Positions 36,751-47,240 of a stretch of 64,000 nt of DNA are shown here, piece by piece. This stretch comes from Candidatus Magasanikbacteria bacterium CG11_big_fil_rev_8_21_14_0_20_39_34. GTDB taxonomy: Bacteria; Patescibacteriota; Patescibacteriia; Magasanikbacterales; UBA922. A program made the position numbers and the translations under genes. How positions within the stretch are numbered: the first letter of the stretch is position 1; every line of letters starts with the position of its first letter. The DNA is taken from the NCBI GenBank assembly GCA_002787355.1, contig PCWN01000007.1:315552-379551 (forward strand). Direction: 5' to 3'. The notes under the pieces are model-generated. The model had not been told where the DNA came from and made no database searches. It saw nothing but the letters and a program-made list of their open reading frames with translations.

Positions 36751-38166
36751 TTGGAAAGATATATGGAAAGACTGCCTCCACAAAGCGTAGATGCAGAAAT
36801 GTCCCTTCTTGGGTCAATTCTTATTGATAAGGAAGCAATGCTGAAAATTGCGGATTCTATTGACCCAACGGACTTCTACAAGCCTTCACACAAAATGATC
36901 TATGAGTCTATGCTTGAGCTTGCTCAAAAAAGCGAGCCTATAGACGTTCTCACTCTGAGCAATCGCTTGGAGGAAAAGGATACCTTGGAAAAGATTGGTG
37001 GACGAACGTATCTTGCCAAACTTTCCAATGCCGTCCCGACTTCTACCAATATAGAACACTATGCCAATATTGTACGAAAAAAGGCTATTTTACGAAAACT
37101 TATTGTTGCTGCAGGGAGCATTGACCAGTTGGGATATTCCGAAGAAGAAGATGTAGATCAAATACTCGATGAAGCACAACAAATGATGTATCAGGTTACC
37201 CAAAAACACCTCAAACAAAGCTTTACGTCCATTCGCCATGTACTTTCCGATGCATTTGAACGTATAGATACGCTTCACAAAGATAAAGGCAAGCTCCGTG
37301 GAGTTCCTACCGGATTTAAAGAACTTGATAATTTGCTTGCAGGATTCCAAAAATCTGACCTTATTATCCTTGCAGCACGACCCTCTGTAGGAAAAACTTC
37401 ACTTGCACTGGATTTTGCCAGACATGCCGCAGTAAATGCAAATGTTCCAGTTGGAGTCTTTTCTCTTGAAATGAGTAAAGAGCAGCTCGTGGATCGTCTT
37501 TTGTGTGCTCAAGCGGGAGTAAACCTCTGGAAGATGCGTACCGGAAACCTTTCTGACTCTCCCAATAGCCAGGATTTTCCTCGCATTGGTCAGGCAATGG
37601 GTATTCTCTCTGAAGCACCCATATACATAGATGATACTGCTTCAAGCAATGTAATGCAGATAAAAACCAAAGCACGCCGACTCCAAATAGAATATGGTCT
37701 TGGTCTTATTATTGTAGACTATCTTCAGCTCATGGATCCACCTGGAAAACGCAATGATAACCGTGTTCAGGAGGTTTCTGAAATGAGTCGTCAACTGAAA
37801 CTTATTGCAAAAGAGCTAAACATACCAATTATTTGTCTTTCTCAGCTTTCCCGTGCCGTTGAACAAACCAAACCGGCCATTCCAAAGTTGTCACATTTGC
37901 GTGAATCTGGTAGTATCGAGCAAGATGCGGACGTGGTAATGTTTATCTATAGAAAAGCAGCCGATAGAAATTACCGTCTGGAAGACATTCCTCCAGATGA
38001 ACGCAATATGGGAGAAATTCATATCGCCAAACACAGAAATGGGCCAACGGGAACTGTAAAAATCTTTTTTGATGCAGATACGGCAAGTTATAAGGATATT
38101 GATCTCAGACATGCAGGGACAACTCCCCCACCGTTACAAGGATCTGAGGCAATACCACAAATGTAA
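36751..38166 (+). CDS. dnaB: Replicative DNA helicase
   Basis: DnaB N-terminal PPQSVDAEMSLLGSIL. Walker A AARPSVGKTSLAL. RecA-like H3/H4 motifs. Confidence 0.9.
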   Translation: MERYMERLPPQSVDAEMSLLGSILIDKEAMLKIADSIDPTDFYKPSHKMIYESMLELAQKSEPIDVLTLSNRLEEKDTLEKIGGRTYLAKLSNAVPTSTNIEHYANIVRKKAILRKLIVAAGSIDQLGYSEEEDVDQILDEAQQMMYQVTQKHLKQSFTSIRHVLSDAFERIDTLHKDKGKLRGVPTGFKELDNLLAGFQKSDLIILAARPSVGKTSLALDFARHAAVNANVPVGVFSLEMSKEQLVDRLLCAQAGVNLWKMRTGNLSDSPNSQDFPRIGQAMGILSEAPIYIDDTASSNVMQIKTKARRLQIEYGLGLIIVDYLQLMDPPGKRNDNRVQEVSEMSRQLKLIAKELNIPIICLSQLSRAVEQTKPAIPKLSHLRESGSIEQDADVVMFIYRKAADRNYRLEDIPPDERNMGEIHIAKHRNGPTGTVKIFFDADTASYKDIDLRHAGTTPPPLQGSEAIPQM

Positions 38167-38201
38167 TAGGTTTACTACTTTTATTCTTAATAGACACATA
38201 T

Positions 38202-38504
38202 ATGTTGAATAAACTCAAACAGTTTAAAGACTTAAGACAACAGGCCAAACAACTTCAAGATGCTCTTGGAGAGGAAAGTGTAACCGTAACCGCAGCGGGA
38301 AATAATGTTACTATGACCATGAACGGGAATCTTCAGCTTACTGGACTTTCCATTGATGAGTCTCTCCTCAGTCCTTCTCAGAAAGATAAACTTCAAGAAG
38401 CCATAAAAGATGCTCATAAAGAAGCCCTCAAAAAAATGCAAAGAACTATGGCCATGAAAATGAAAGAAATGGGTGGTATGCCAAATATTCCAGGGCTCTC
38501 ATAA
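38202..38504 (+). CDS. ybaB: Nucleoid-associated protein YbaB/EbfC
   Basis: 100 aa with an MLNKLKQFKDLRQQAKQLQ opening and a mid-region tetrad typical of YbaB. Confidence 0.8.
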   Translation: MLNKLKQFKDLRQQAKQLQDALGEESVTVTAAGNNVTMTMNGNLQLTGLSIDESLLSPSQKDKLQEAIKDAHKEALKKMQRTMAMKMKEMGGMPNIPGLS

Positions 38505-38508
38505 TCTC

Positions 38509-39102
38509 ATGTACTCCCCATCGATTGAAAACTTGATTAAGGCTTTTTCTAAGCTTCCCACAGTAGGAAAAAGAACCGCGGAAAGATTTGTGTTCTATCT
38601 TTTGCAGTCCGGAAAAAAAGATGTTGCAGAACTCACCATAGCTCTCAAACAACTTATCGAAAATGTAAAAAGTTGTGAGATGTGTTGGAACTTTACCGAG
38701 ACTTCTCCCTGCAAAATTTGCTCCGACCAAAAAAGAAATCCTTCACTTTTATGTGTGACCACAACTCCACAGGATCTTGAAGTATTGGAATCTACCCGTC
38801 AATTCAATGGACGGTATCATCTTCTGCGTGGAGTGGTGAAATCAGAGTCACAAGAAAGCTTAGAAAGAACAAAGATCCCTCAACTTCTTGCTCGTATACA
38901 AAAAGAACCTATCACCGAAATACTCTTGGCTCTCAACCATAATCTTGATGGAGAAATCACCATGATGTATTTGGAAAAGAAGATTCAATCTATAAACAGT
39001 GAAATAAAAATTACCCGTTTAGCACGAGGACTCCCCATGGGTTCAGACCTCCAGTATGCAGATGAGATAACGCTCAAAAGTGCTATAGAAAATAGAAGGT
39101 AA
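38509..39102 (+). CDS. recR: Recombination protein RecR
   Basis: IENLIKAFSKLPTVGKRTAERF, a C4 zinc finger (CEMC...CKIC), and a Toprim region. Confidence 0.85.
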   Translation: MYSPSIENLIKAFSKLPTVGKRTAERFVFYLLQSGKKDVAELTIALKQLIENVKSCEMCWNFTETSPCKICSDQKRNPSLLCVTTTPQDLEVLESTRQFNGRYHLLRGVVKSESQESLERTKIPQLLARIQKEPITEILLALNHNLDGEITMMYLEKKIQSINSEIKITRLARGLPMGSDLQYADEITLKSAIENRR

Positions 39103-39107
39103 AAAAA

Positions 39108-39134
39108 ATCGACCGTATCGGTCGATTTTTTTTA
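39108..39134. terminator. Bidirectional terminator (atcgaccg-tat-cggtcgat with A8/T9 flanks)
   Basis: It lies between convergent recR and rplU. Confidence 0.7.
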
Positions 39135-39446
39135 TTTTACTTCTGAAATTTTTACTTTACTGAAGTGTTGTCTGTGTCCGTTTGCTCGTTTGTAACGAAC
39201 CTTTCTCTTATACTTTACAACGCGAACTTTTCTTGATCTTCCTTGTTGTTCAAGAAGTGCTTCTACGGTAACACCTTCCAAGTATGGTGTACCAATCTTT
39301 ACTTCTTTTCCTTCGGAATCTGCAAGAAGAAGAACTTTATCGAAGGTAACTTTGTCACCCTCTACTCCTTCAAGTTTTTCAACTTTCAGTGAGGATCCAT
39401 CAGTAACAATGTACTGCTTTCCTCCTGTTTCAATAACTGCTAACAT
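39132..39446 (-). CDS. rplU: 50S ribosomal protein L21
   Basis: MLAVIETGGKQY...RKVRVVKYKRKVRYKRANGHRQHFSKVKI. Confidence 0.9.
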   Translation of the reverse strand: MLAVIETGGKQYIVTDGSSLKVEKLEGVEGDKVTFDKVLLLADSEGKEVKIGTPYLEGVTVEALLEQQGRSRKVRVVKYKRKVRYKRANGHRQHFSKVKISEVK

Positions 39447-39569
39447 AGAGTTGTTTGGTTTAGGAAAATATATACGGTAGTGACCACATATCACTTTGAA
39501 ACCCTATATACTACCTCTCCCAAAGGGAGATAATATGTGGCATGATTATAGTCGTTTTTGCAAAAAAAG

Positions 39570-40652
39570 TCAAGTACCCCCCTGGATATCATTTTTTTGC
39601 CTTTCTTTAGCGGAAAACCATACCCCTACCAAAAGCATGAGGATAAAGAGAAGGATTAAGGCAACCAACTTTTGATGTGACTGTAAAAACAAGGCACTCA
39701 TCCCAAAAAGGAGTGATATTCCATATAAAAGATATACCGTCTGCCTGTGTCCCAACCCCATATCAACCAACAGAAAATGGAGGTGTTCCCTGTCTCCGAC
39801 AAAAATAGATTTCCTTTTTTGCATTCTTCGAATGATAACACGAAAAACATCCAATGCAGGAATCCCCATTACCAGAAGCGTAGTCGCAATTTTTCCCCCT
39901 GAAATAATAGCCATGCATCCCAAAAGGAATCCCAAAAAAAGACTTCCACCTTCTCCCAAAAATATTTTTGCCGGGTGAAAATTCCAAAAAAGGAACCCCA
40001 AAATAGCCCCCACAAAAATAATAGAAATCATAGACATCTCCGGCTGAAACCAGGCAGCCTGCCTACTTAAAAAGAAAAGGACAAGTGCGCCAATACAAAC
40101 CATTCCTGCGGCCAACCCATCCAAGCCATCCAAAAATTTTGTGGTAAACATCATTCCCATGAGCCAAAAGAATACTAAAAAATCTGCAAAAAGCACGAGA
40201 TTGCCAATATTTCCCACAGATATTTCTACTGCTGAGAGATCTATCATTCCACCAAATGGATTGGTCACCCTATGCGGTCCAATACCAAAAGCAAGAATGG
40301 TAATGGCAGCAAGAACTGGGAAAATAAACTGATACTGAGGTGATAGACTATATTTGTCGTCTATAACACCACCCAACATCAAAAATGCCCCTCCCAATCC
40401 CATGCCAATCAAACTTCTTCCAGATATAAGCGCTCCAACTTCACCATCATAATAGGTAAGCAGGAGAACCAAAAAAAATGACAAAAAAATTGCCATTCCC
40501 CCTCCAAGCGGTATAACTTTTTTATGCTTTTTTCTTTGCTCAGTTCGAGGCCTATCTACAATATCCAAACGTCTCATCAAAAGCATGAGAAGAAAGGTAA
40601 TGATAAAACTCAGAACAAAGCTTAGAATGAAAAAACCAATATATGTGCTCAT
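39570..40652 (-). CDS. MraY/WecA-family polyprenyl-phosphate N-acetylhexosamine-1-phosphate transferase
   Basis: 10 TM segments. LDGLDGLAAG and a Mg-binding D-rich region. MraY cannot be distinguished from WecA by eye. Confidence 0.65.
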   Translation of the reverse strand: MSTYIGFFILSFVLSFIITFLLMLLMRRLDIVDRPRTEQRKKHKKVIPLGGGMAIFLSFFLVLLLTYYDGEVGALISGRSLIGMGLGGAFLMLGGVIDDKYSLSPQYQFIFPVLAAITILAFGIGPHRVTNPFGGMIDLSAVEISVGNIGNLVLFADFLVFFWLMGMMFTTKFLDGLDGLAAGMVCIGALVLFFLSRQAAWFQPEMSMISIIFVGAILGFLFWNFHPAKIFLGEGGSLFLGFLLGCMAIISGGKIATTLLVMGIPALDVFRVIIRRMQKRKSIFVGDREHLHFLLVDMGLGHRQTVYLLYGISLLFGMSALFLQSHQKLVALILLFILMLLVGVWFSAKERQKNDIQGGT

Positions 40653-40715
40653 AAAAAGTCTTCCTTTATACAGGAAGACTAACAAATTTGAGAGAAAATA
40701 TCAACCAAGTAAAAA

Positions 40716-43475
40716 TTAAGAACTTTTTACAAAGATTTTGTCTTTTCCTTCAAAAACAATCGTATCTCTCCTTTGAAGTTTCCCGGAAAGAAGAAGCTCG
40801 GCAAGTTTGTTTTCTACCAGATCTTGAACCGCACGTCGCATGGGTCTTGCACCAAATTCCGGATTGTATCCTATCTCTAAAAGATCCTCAATCGCCTGAT
40901 CTGTAACCTCAAAAGTCATCCCCTTATTCTCAAGGTCTTTTTCAACTCGTTTCAACATAAGTCGTGCAATCTTTGCTACATCTTCCCGAGCAAGGGGTTT
41001 AAAAAGAACAATTCCATCAAAACGATTTAAAAATTCAGGACGGTAAAATTTTTGAAGCTCACCATGAATAATGTCCTGACGAATATTTTCCAAAGACTCC
41101 CCTTTTCCAATCTCTGCCTGCACATAGGAAGTTCCAGCATTTGATGTGGCAATTATAATACTATTGGTAAAATCAATTTTTCTTCCAACGCTATCTGTCA
41201 GATGTCCTTCATCAAATACTTGCAAAAAGAGATTCAGAATATCCGGATCGGCCTTTTCTAGCTCATCTAAAAGGATAAGAGAAAATGGCTGCTGACGTAC
41301 AGCCTCTGTAAGAATTCCAGTCCCTTGATTGCCTGGGGTCCCAATAAGCCTATACAGTGATGACTTATCCTGATATTCACTCATGTCAATTCGTATCATA
41401 CGATCTTCTGCCCCAAAATAAACATCTGCAATGGTTTTGGCCAACTCGGTTTTTCCTACTCCCGTAGGGCCCAAAAAGAGAAAGTTCGCAATTGGTTTCT
41501 TCGTAGAACGAATTTCTGCCCGTGCCCTCCGAAGCGCATTGGCAACCAACACTACCGCTTCATCTTGACCTATCACTCGTTTATGAAGTTCTTGTTCAAG
41601 TTGAAGAAGTTTTTCTGATTCCTTCTGAGTTATACTGGTTACCGGAATTCCCGTTTTTTGACTGACTACTGAGCCCACATCTTCTGGCAGTACCAAAGAT
41701 TCAACTCCTCTTTTGGTACGAGCAAAACTCCCAGACTCTGTTAAAAGTTCAACGGCACTTTCTGGAAGATTTTTGTCATGAAAAAACCTTTTTGCAAACT
41801 TCACAGCAGACTCAAGTGAAGTGTATGAAAAGAAAACCTTTAATTTGTATTCCATGTACGGAACTTTTGATTCAAGTACTTGTATTGCCTGATTTACATC
41901 CACTTCTTCTATATCTATTCGTGTAAATACTGAACCCACTTCTGAATTGATAATATGCTTATTGTATCCTTGGGTGGTTGTCGTCGCAAAAACCAAGAAG
42001 TTTCCTCCTTGAAGATATTCTGCCAAGGTTCCCGACACATCCAAGCCCTCCTGCCCTCCTGAAGCGCCAATAAGGTCCTGAAGGTTATTAATAAACAAAA
42101 TAATGTTCTTTGCTCGAGATACTTCATGCATGATACGGATAAGACGTTCCTGAGCTCCTGAAATAGTTGTACCTGCCAAAAGCGCAGAAATAGATAGCTG
42201 TACAAATCTTTTATCTGCCAAACGACTTGGGACATGTTCCTGAACCATTTTCTGTGCTACTCCCTCGATTATACTCATTTTTCCAACACCTGGTTCTCCC
42301 ACAAGGAGGATATTGCTAGACCCTGCCTCCACAACGCGAAAAATTTCCTCTAATTCTTTCTCACGTGCTACACATGGGCTCAAATTCCCATACTGTGCCG
42401 CCAGCGTTAGGTCCTGGCTAAAGTTATTTAAGTAGGGAGTTGCAATTGCGGTCATTGCCCTATCCAAACCATATTTGTTCCGCGTCTGAGCCATATGACG
42501 AAGTCGTTTTTGTTCATTACGAATATACTCTTGAATACGCAACCATTCCACAACATTGTAGAGCTTTGCTTGATCAATCCCTAAGTCATACAAAAACTCT
42601 TGTATTTGAGGAGAACGCCCCACAGTCGCCACCAAGAGTTCCGTAACATGAATATAGGTTTGCTGCGCCTTATATGCCAAAATGTATGAATGAATAAGGA
42701 TTTGCGCAGCATCATCCCCAATCCCCGGAGCACATTCTCTATCTCCCGGGGTTAATCCATCCGATATAACTTTTTTTATATCTTCAATTGGAAACCCAAG
42801 CCGAACAAAGATAGTTCGAATCTTTTGTGAGTCCAAAAGTGCATAAAAAAAGTGTAAAGGAGTAATCGTGGTATGATTTTTTTGATCCGCAAAAAAGTAT
42901 GCTTCTTCTATAACCTTTTTTACATCATCCGTAAACGCCTCTGAAAAATCGAATAGCTTTTTCTTACTCATACTCAATACCTCAGACCAGTCTGCCTGTA
43001 GCGGAGCCCCAGCAAGCTGTTCAAGAGAAATTTCCTCTTGTGCATAATCTTTAGGAAACTCTATACCTTTAAACTCCCTATGATCAAGGATAACCCTATA
43101 AATTAAGTAAGACCAAAAAAAGATCCCCAAAACAAAGGATAGTTTTGAAATAAATGGCATGGAAAGCCACGTTGTACTGGAAAAAAGAAGTGACAATGAA
43201 TGTGTTAGAAAAAGTTCCCAAACAAAAATTCCTAAAAAGATACATCCAAACAAAAGTGAAAAAAGAATTCGAATATGATTAAGCCGTCTACGTGCACGTT
43301 TGAGATTAATCTGAAAACGAGTAAGTGGCTGACCAAAATATACAAACTTACCATTAAAGACAATCCCCATACTTTTTGTATGACAAGTAGGACATGGCCT
43401 TCGATGCATGTAACCCGTACCATGACATGTCTGACAAAAGAGTATATTGAGTGATGGACTGGAATCAAACATCAT
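40716..43475 (-). CDS. ClpA/B/C-family AAA+ chaperone with N-terminal zinc-ribbon and two TM helices
   Basis: N-terminal CxxC...CxxC followed by two hydrophobic helices, then a Clp_N-like domain. Two AAA modules (GEPGVGKM and GPTGVGKT). Confidence 0.75.
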   Translation of the reverse strand: MMFDSSPSLNILFCQTCHGTGYMHRRPCPTCHTKSMGIVFNGKFVYFGQPLTRFQINLKRARRRLNHIRILFSLLFGCIFLGIFVWELFLTHSLSLLFSSTTWLSMPFISKLSFVLGIFFWSYLIYRVILDHREFKGIEFPKDYAQEEISLEQLAGAPLQADWSEVLSMSKKKLFDFSEAFTDDVKKVIEEAYFFADQKNHTTITPLHFFYALLDSQKIRTIFVRLGFPIEDIKKVISDGLTPGDRECAPGIGDDAAQILIHSYILAYKAQQTYIHVTELLVATVGRSPQIQEFLYDLGIDQAKLYNVVEWLRIQEYIRNEQKRLRHMAQTRNKYGLDRAMTAIATPYLNNFSQDLTLAAQYGNLSPCVAREKELEEIFRVVEAGSSNILLVGEPGVGKMSIIEGVAQKMVQEHVPSRLADKRFVQLSISALLAGTTISGAQERLIRIMHEVSRAKNIILFINNLQDLIGASGGQEGLDVSGTLAEYLQGGNFLVFATTTTQGYNKHIINSEVGSVFTRIDIEEVDVNQAIQVLESKVPYMEYKLKVFFSYTSLESAVKFAKRFFHDKNLPESAVELLTESGSFARTKRGVESLVLPEDVGSVVSQKTGIPVTSITQKESEKLLQLEQELHKRVIGQDEAVVLVANALRRARAEIRSTKKPIANFLFLGPTGVGKTELAKTIADVYFGAEDRMIRIDMSEYQDKSSLYRLIGTPGNQGTGILTEAVRQQPFSLILLDELEKADPDILNLFLQVFDEGHLTDSVGRKIDFTNSIIIATSNAGTSYVQAEIGKGESLENIRQDIIHGELQKFYRPEFLNRFDGIVLFKPLAREDVAKIARLMLKRVEKDLENKGMTFEVTDQAIEDLLEIGYNPEFGARPMRRAVQDLVENKLAELLLSGKLQRRDTIVFEGKDKIFVKSS

Positions 43476-43484
43476 AATAACTCA

Positions 43485-43832
43485 TTAGGAGAGGAAAAGA
43501 AATAAAATCAGAAGAATTGGTAATAAAAACCAAAAAATAACTACCATGGCAAGAAACAGAACCGCAAATACCAGAGCAAAAAAACGTCCAAATACATTTA
43601 TCATGCGAATAAAAATACTTACCAATCTCCCCTGCAAATCAGTCTGACCATACATGGGTACAAATATATTTTTCAGCCACAAAAAAGGAGCAAACCGATA
43701 ATTTGCCTCCGAAACACTATGAAGAAACCATCTTCCAACAAACAAAATTCCGCCTGTATACCACCAAAGAGGAAAATACAAAAAATCAAGGAGAAACTCC
43801 CAAGCCATTCTTTGAAATATAAGCATCCACAT
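43485..43832 (-). CDS. Hypothetical small membrane protein
   Basis: 115 aa with 3 TM. Confidence 0.4.
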   Translation of the reverse strand: MWMLIFQRMAWEFLLDFLYFPLWWYTGGILFVGRWFLHSVSEANYRFAPFLWLKNIFVPMYGQTDLQGRLVSIFIRMINVFGRFFALVFAVLFLAMVVIFWFLLPILLILFLFLS

Positions 43833-43921
43833 AATTGAGCATTAAAAAAACAATCACTCCTCTCTCATTTTACCATAAAACAAAAAAACCCCAAAGGGGA
43901 ATTTTTTTATTGAATGATTTT

Positions 43922-44266
43922 TTAATTGCGAACAGCGACGCTTCCACCTGCAAATGGTAAATATTCTGGGGAGTCCATACTGACAAAATTCATACCAATT
44001 AATCTCTCTTGAACATTTGAAAGCGAACGATATTCGGCAACTTCTGACTGAAGCCGTTCATAATCGTTCTCAAGCCCAGAGAGCTCTTTTTGAAGATCTG
44101 ACATCTTGTAACCCTGTGTTGAAGAGGCACTCATCTGCATGGTGTATAAAAGGCCAAAAACACCTATACAAGCCAAAAGCCCTACTCGGAAACTACAACT
44201 AAAAATAAACTCCTTTGCACGCAGTTTCTTTTCTCTCATGGTTTTTTTTGTTCCAAAATTTTTCAT
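43922..44266 (-). CDS. ftsL: Cell division protein FtsL-like (single TM + coiled coil)
   Basis: Single TM and a coiled coil. It lies immediately downstream of rsmH, and its start overlaps the rsmH stop. Confidence 0.6.
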   Translation of the reverse strand: MKNFGTKKTMREKKLRAKEFIFSCSFRVGLLACIGVFGLLYTMQMSASSTQGYKMSDLQKELSGLENDYERLQSEVAEYRSLSNVQERLIGMNFVSMDSPEYLPFAGGSVAVRN

Positions 44267-45177
44267 AACTTCTTTGCAACACGTAATTTTGCACTGCGAG
44301 AACGAGGGTTTTCTTCCTGTTCTTTGGTATTTGGGATAATAGGCTTCTTCGTTAGAATTTCTATTTGTTTTTTGCTTTCTGATTTGAAGAAGTGTTTGAC
44401 AATTCTATCTTCCAGTGAATGAAAGCTGATAATTGCTATAATTCCTCCTGGATCCAATATATCCACGGCAGTTTTTAAAAAAGATTCTAACCTATGAAGT
44501 TCATCGTTCACAGCTATCCGCAATGCTTGAAAAACCTTTGTTGCTGGATGCAGTCCCCCAATCCAAGGAACTTCTTTATCTGTTTTGAGTTTCTTTCGAT
44601 AAACCGTAAGGACCACTTCTACAAGATCCTGAACTTTTTCAAAGGACTTTTCTTTCCTCTGCATTACAACCGCCTCTGCAATTTCTTTACTCAATTTTTC
44701 CTCTCCATAAACATGAAATATTCGTGCAAGTTCTATTTCTTCCATTTCGTTCAATATTTCTGATGCAGAATGTTGTCCTTGTGAGGATGAACCAGAAAAT
44801 CTCATATCCAAACGCTCATCCATCTTTTGAAAACTAAATCCTCTTCCTCTTTGCTCAAACTGTGGGCTTGACCATCCTAAGTCTGCAAGTATTCCTCCAA
44901 CATTCTGAAAATGTGTACTTTCAACAATTTCCTTTAATTCATCAAAATACCCACGAAAAAATACACAACGCTTTTCATCCTTTTGTAAATAATGTTTTGC
45001 ACGCAAGATTGCCTCTGGATCGGCATCAATCCCCAACAATTTTCCCTGTGGAGCAATCTTTTCCAGTATTCTTTCTGAATGACCACCATCACCAAGTGTG
45101 GCATCAATTATGTTTTTATTGGGTGATAACTCAAGTGATTGAACCACTTCTTCCAAAAGTACCGGAACATGACGCAT
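44263..45177 (-). CDS. rsmH: 16S rRNA (cytosine1402-N4)-methyltransferase
   Basis: HVPVLLEEV, DATLGDGGHS and ISFHSLEDRIVK. Confidence 0.9.
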   Translation of the reverse strand: MRHVPVLLEEVVQSLELSPNKNIIDATLGDGGHSERILEKIAPQGKLLGIDADPEAILRAKHYLQKDEKRCVFFRGYFDELKEIVESTHFQNVGGILADLGWSSPQFEQRGRGFSFQKMDERLDMRFSGSSSQGQHSASEILNEMEEIELARIFHVYGEEKLSKEIAEAVVMQRKEKSFEKVQDLVEVVLTVYRKKLKTDKEVPWIGGLHPATKVFQALRIAVNDELHRLESFLKTAVDILDPGGIIAIISFHSLEDRIVKHFFKSESKKQIEILTKKPIIPNTKEQEENPRSRSAKLRVAKKL

Positions 45178-45231
45178 ATCGTAGATATCCTAAATCATAA
45201 ATCTTAAACGCTAATCTTTAGCATGTAAGAT

Positions 45232-45672
45232 TTATATTCCAAGATCTGCCATCTGTTCTGCAATATCATTACTCTTTGACTCGGTACGTTTCTTGTATAC
45301 TTCCCAAGAAGCGCTGTCCCAAAGTTCGAGGCGGTTGTAAAGACCAGCCACGACCACAGCTTTCCCAAGGGACGCAAATTTTCTCAAATATTCAGGTAAA
45401 ATGATTCTTCCTTGTTTATCTAATTTCACATCCATTGCACCCGCAAGCATGAGACGAGCAAATGCTCGGGTATTCGCTTGTGAAAAAGGTAAGCTTGAAA
45501 GTTTTTCTGCCAGCTTCTCCCATTCTTTTTTTGTGTAAAAGAACAAACAATTATCCAGGCCTCGAGTGACTACTCCTCCAACCTTAAATGAGGCATGAAA
45601 TTTCTTGGGAATTGCCAAACGTCCTTTATCATCAAGATTGTGGAAATATTCCCCTATGAACATAGGATTCAA
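45232..45672 (-). CDS. mraZ: Transcriptional regulator MraZ
   Basis: Duplicated DxxxR motifs: DDKGRLAIPKKF and DKQGRIILPEYL. Confidence 0.9.
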   Translation of the reverse strand: MNPMFIGEYFHNLDDKGRLAIPKKFHASFKVGGVVTRGLDNCLFFYTKKEWEKLAEKLSSLPFSQANTRAFARLMLAGAMDVKLDKQGRIILPEYLRKFASLGKAVVVAGLYNRLELWDSASWEVYKKRTESKSNDIAEQMADLGI

Positions 45673-45938
45673 GAGTAAAGCCTGTTTTATAATGCAAAGT
45701 GACTGGGATATAAAACAAGCTTTTCATTAATAGATAGACAAGCATTGTAACTATTAATGTCCTCCCAGTTGAAGAAAAATTCCCCACTTTTCCCCACTTG
45801 CTTCCATTATATACCACTTGTAGACACGAATCAACCATAATTATCCACAAGGGAAGCTTTTCACCCTGAAAGAGCAATACCACGGAAAAACAAAAAAGAA
45901 GCCTTCCTTGGCTTCTTTTTTCCTTCTCTTTGTTTATC

Positions 45939-47234
45939 TTATGTTTCAAGCCACTTTTGTCCCTGACGAACCAAAAGAGTCTTAGCAGCAAGTGGTTCTG
46001 CCATAATTTCTTTCACAATGCGCTCCATCCGAACACCTTGAGAACCTTTTATCAAAATGGTGTCACCAGATTTTATAAAGTCTTGCAAAAAACGGCCAGC
46101 ATCTAGTGAATTTGCAAAACTTACTACGGACTCATCTTTCATTCCACCTTTTTTTGCAGCAAGAGCAGCTGCTTTCATAGCCTCTCCAACAGTAATAAAG
46201 TAGTCAACTCTTTTTTCTGCTACACACAACCCAATTTGACGATGTTCTCTTTGTGTTTGTGCACCCAACTCAAGCATATCACCCAATACAGCAATACGTC
46301 TTCCCTTATGTTTTTGGTTACAACATAATACCAGTGCATCCAACGCCTTGAGTGTTGCCTTTGGAGATGCATTATACGTATCATCAATAATCATAGTCTC
46401 CTTTACTCCGGGTAGGATACGCATTCTTCCCGGCATCATCTCAACCGTTTGTAGAGCTTGACTGATTTCAACCAAATGCATCCCCAACATGAGTCCGATG
46501 CTCGTTCCTACTAGAACGGAATAGACAAAATGATCACCAATAACTCCTTTGAGAAAAATAGGAACGACACTTCCTTTGTAATCCACTTTAAAAATTAATC
46601 CTTCTGGCCAACCGGTTTGTGAAGAAAATCGTACTTGCACGTCTGTTGCTCGTACATGTGCTTGTTCATGAAATCCGTACGTAATAACTTCCGCATCAGT
46701 TTTTGTACGCATGCCATACACATTTTCATCATCACGATTAAGCACCGCTACTCCACTTTTATCCAAACAACCAACAACTTTTTGTTTTTCACGAATAAGT
46801 TTTTTTATAGTTTTAAAAAATTCCATGTGTGCTGGGGCAATCGCGGTAACCACTCCCACAGATGGTGGTGCTATCCCCGTAAGATAACTGATATCTCCCG
46901 GATGATCGGCTCCCATTTCCAATACAAGAATTTCTGGATAATTTGGGTCTTTTCGCAAAAGGAGGGCCGTGGCATGTAAAAAAACAGAACACCAACCCAA
47001 AAGAGATTTCCCTGGATTCTCTTTCCCAATAATGGTAAGAGGGAGTCCGATTTCATTATTGTAGTTCCCAACGCTACCACGCACGACAAACTTGGAAGCC
47101 AAAATCCGAGTCGTCATTTCCTTGGCACTCGTTTTCCCAACCGATCCGGTAATACCTACCACTTCAGGTTGATATTTTTTGATTATTCTCTTAGAGAAAA
47201 AGCGTAATTTTTTTTCAAGTATTATTTTAATCAT
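45939..47234 (-). CDS. murF: UDP-N-acetylmuramoyl-tripeptide--D-alanyl-D-alanine ligase
   Basis: Mur ligase P-loop ITGSVGKTS and a C-terminal domain. Confidence 0.8.
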   Translation of the reverse strand: MIKIILEKKLRFFSKRIIKKYQPEVVGITGSVGKTSAKEMTTRILASKFVVRGSVGNYNNEIGLPLTIIGKENPGKSLLGWCSVFLHATALLLRKDPNYPEILVLEMGADHPGDISYLTGIAPPSVGVVTAIAPAHMEFFKTIKKLIREKQKVVGCLDKSGVAVLNRDDENVYGMRTKTDAEVITYGFHEQAHVRATDVQVRFSSQTGWPEGLIFKVDYKGSVVPIFLKGVIGDHFVYSVLVGTSIGLMLGMHLVEISQALQTVEMMPGRMRILPGVKETMIIDDTYNASPKATLKALDALVLCCNQKHKGRRIAVLGDMLELGAQTQREHRQIGLCVAEKRVDYFITVGEAMKAAALAAKKGGMKDESVVSFANSLDAGRFLQDFIKSGDTILIKGSQGVRMERIVKEIMAEPLAAKTLLVRQGQKWLET

Positions 47235-47240
47235 AGAATT

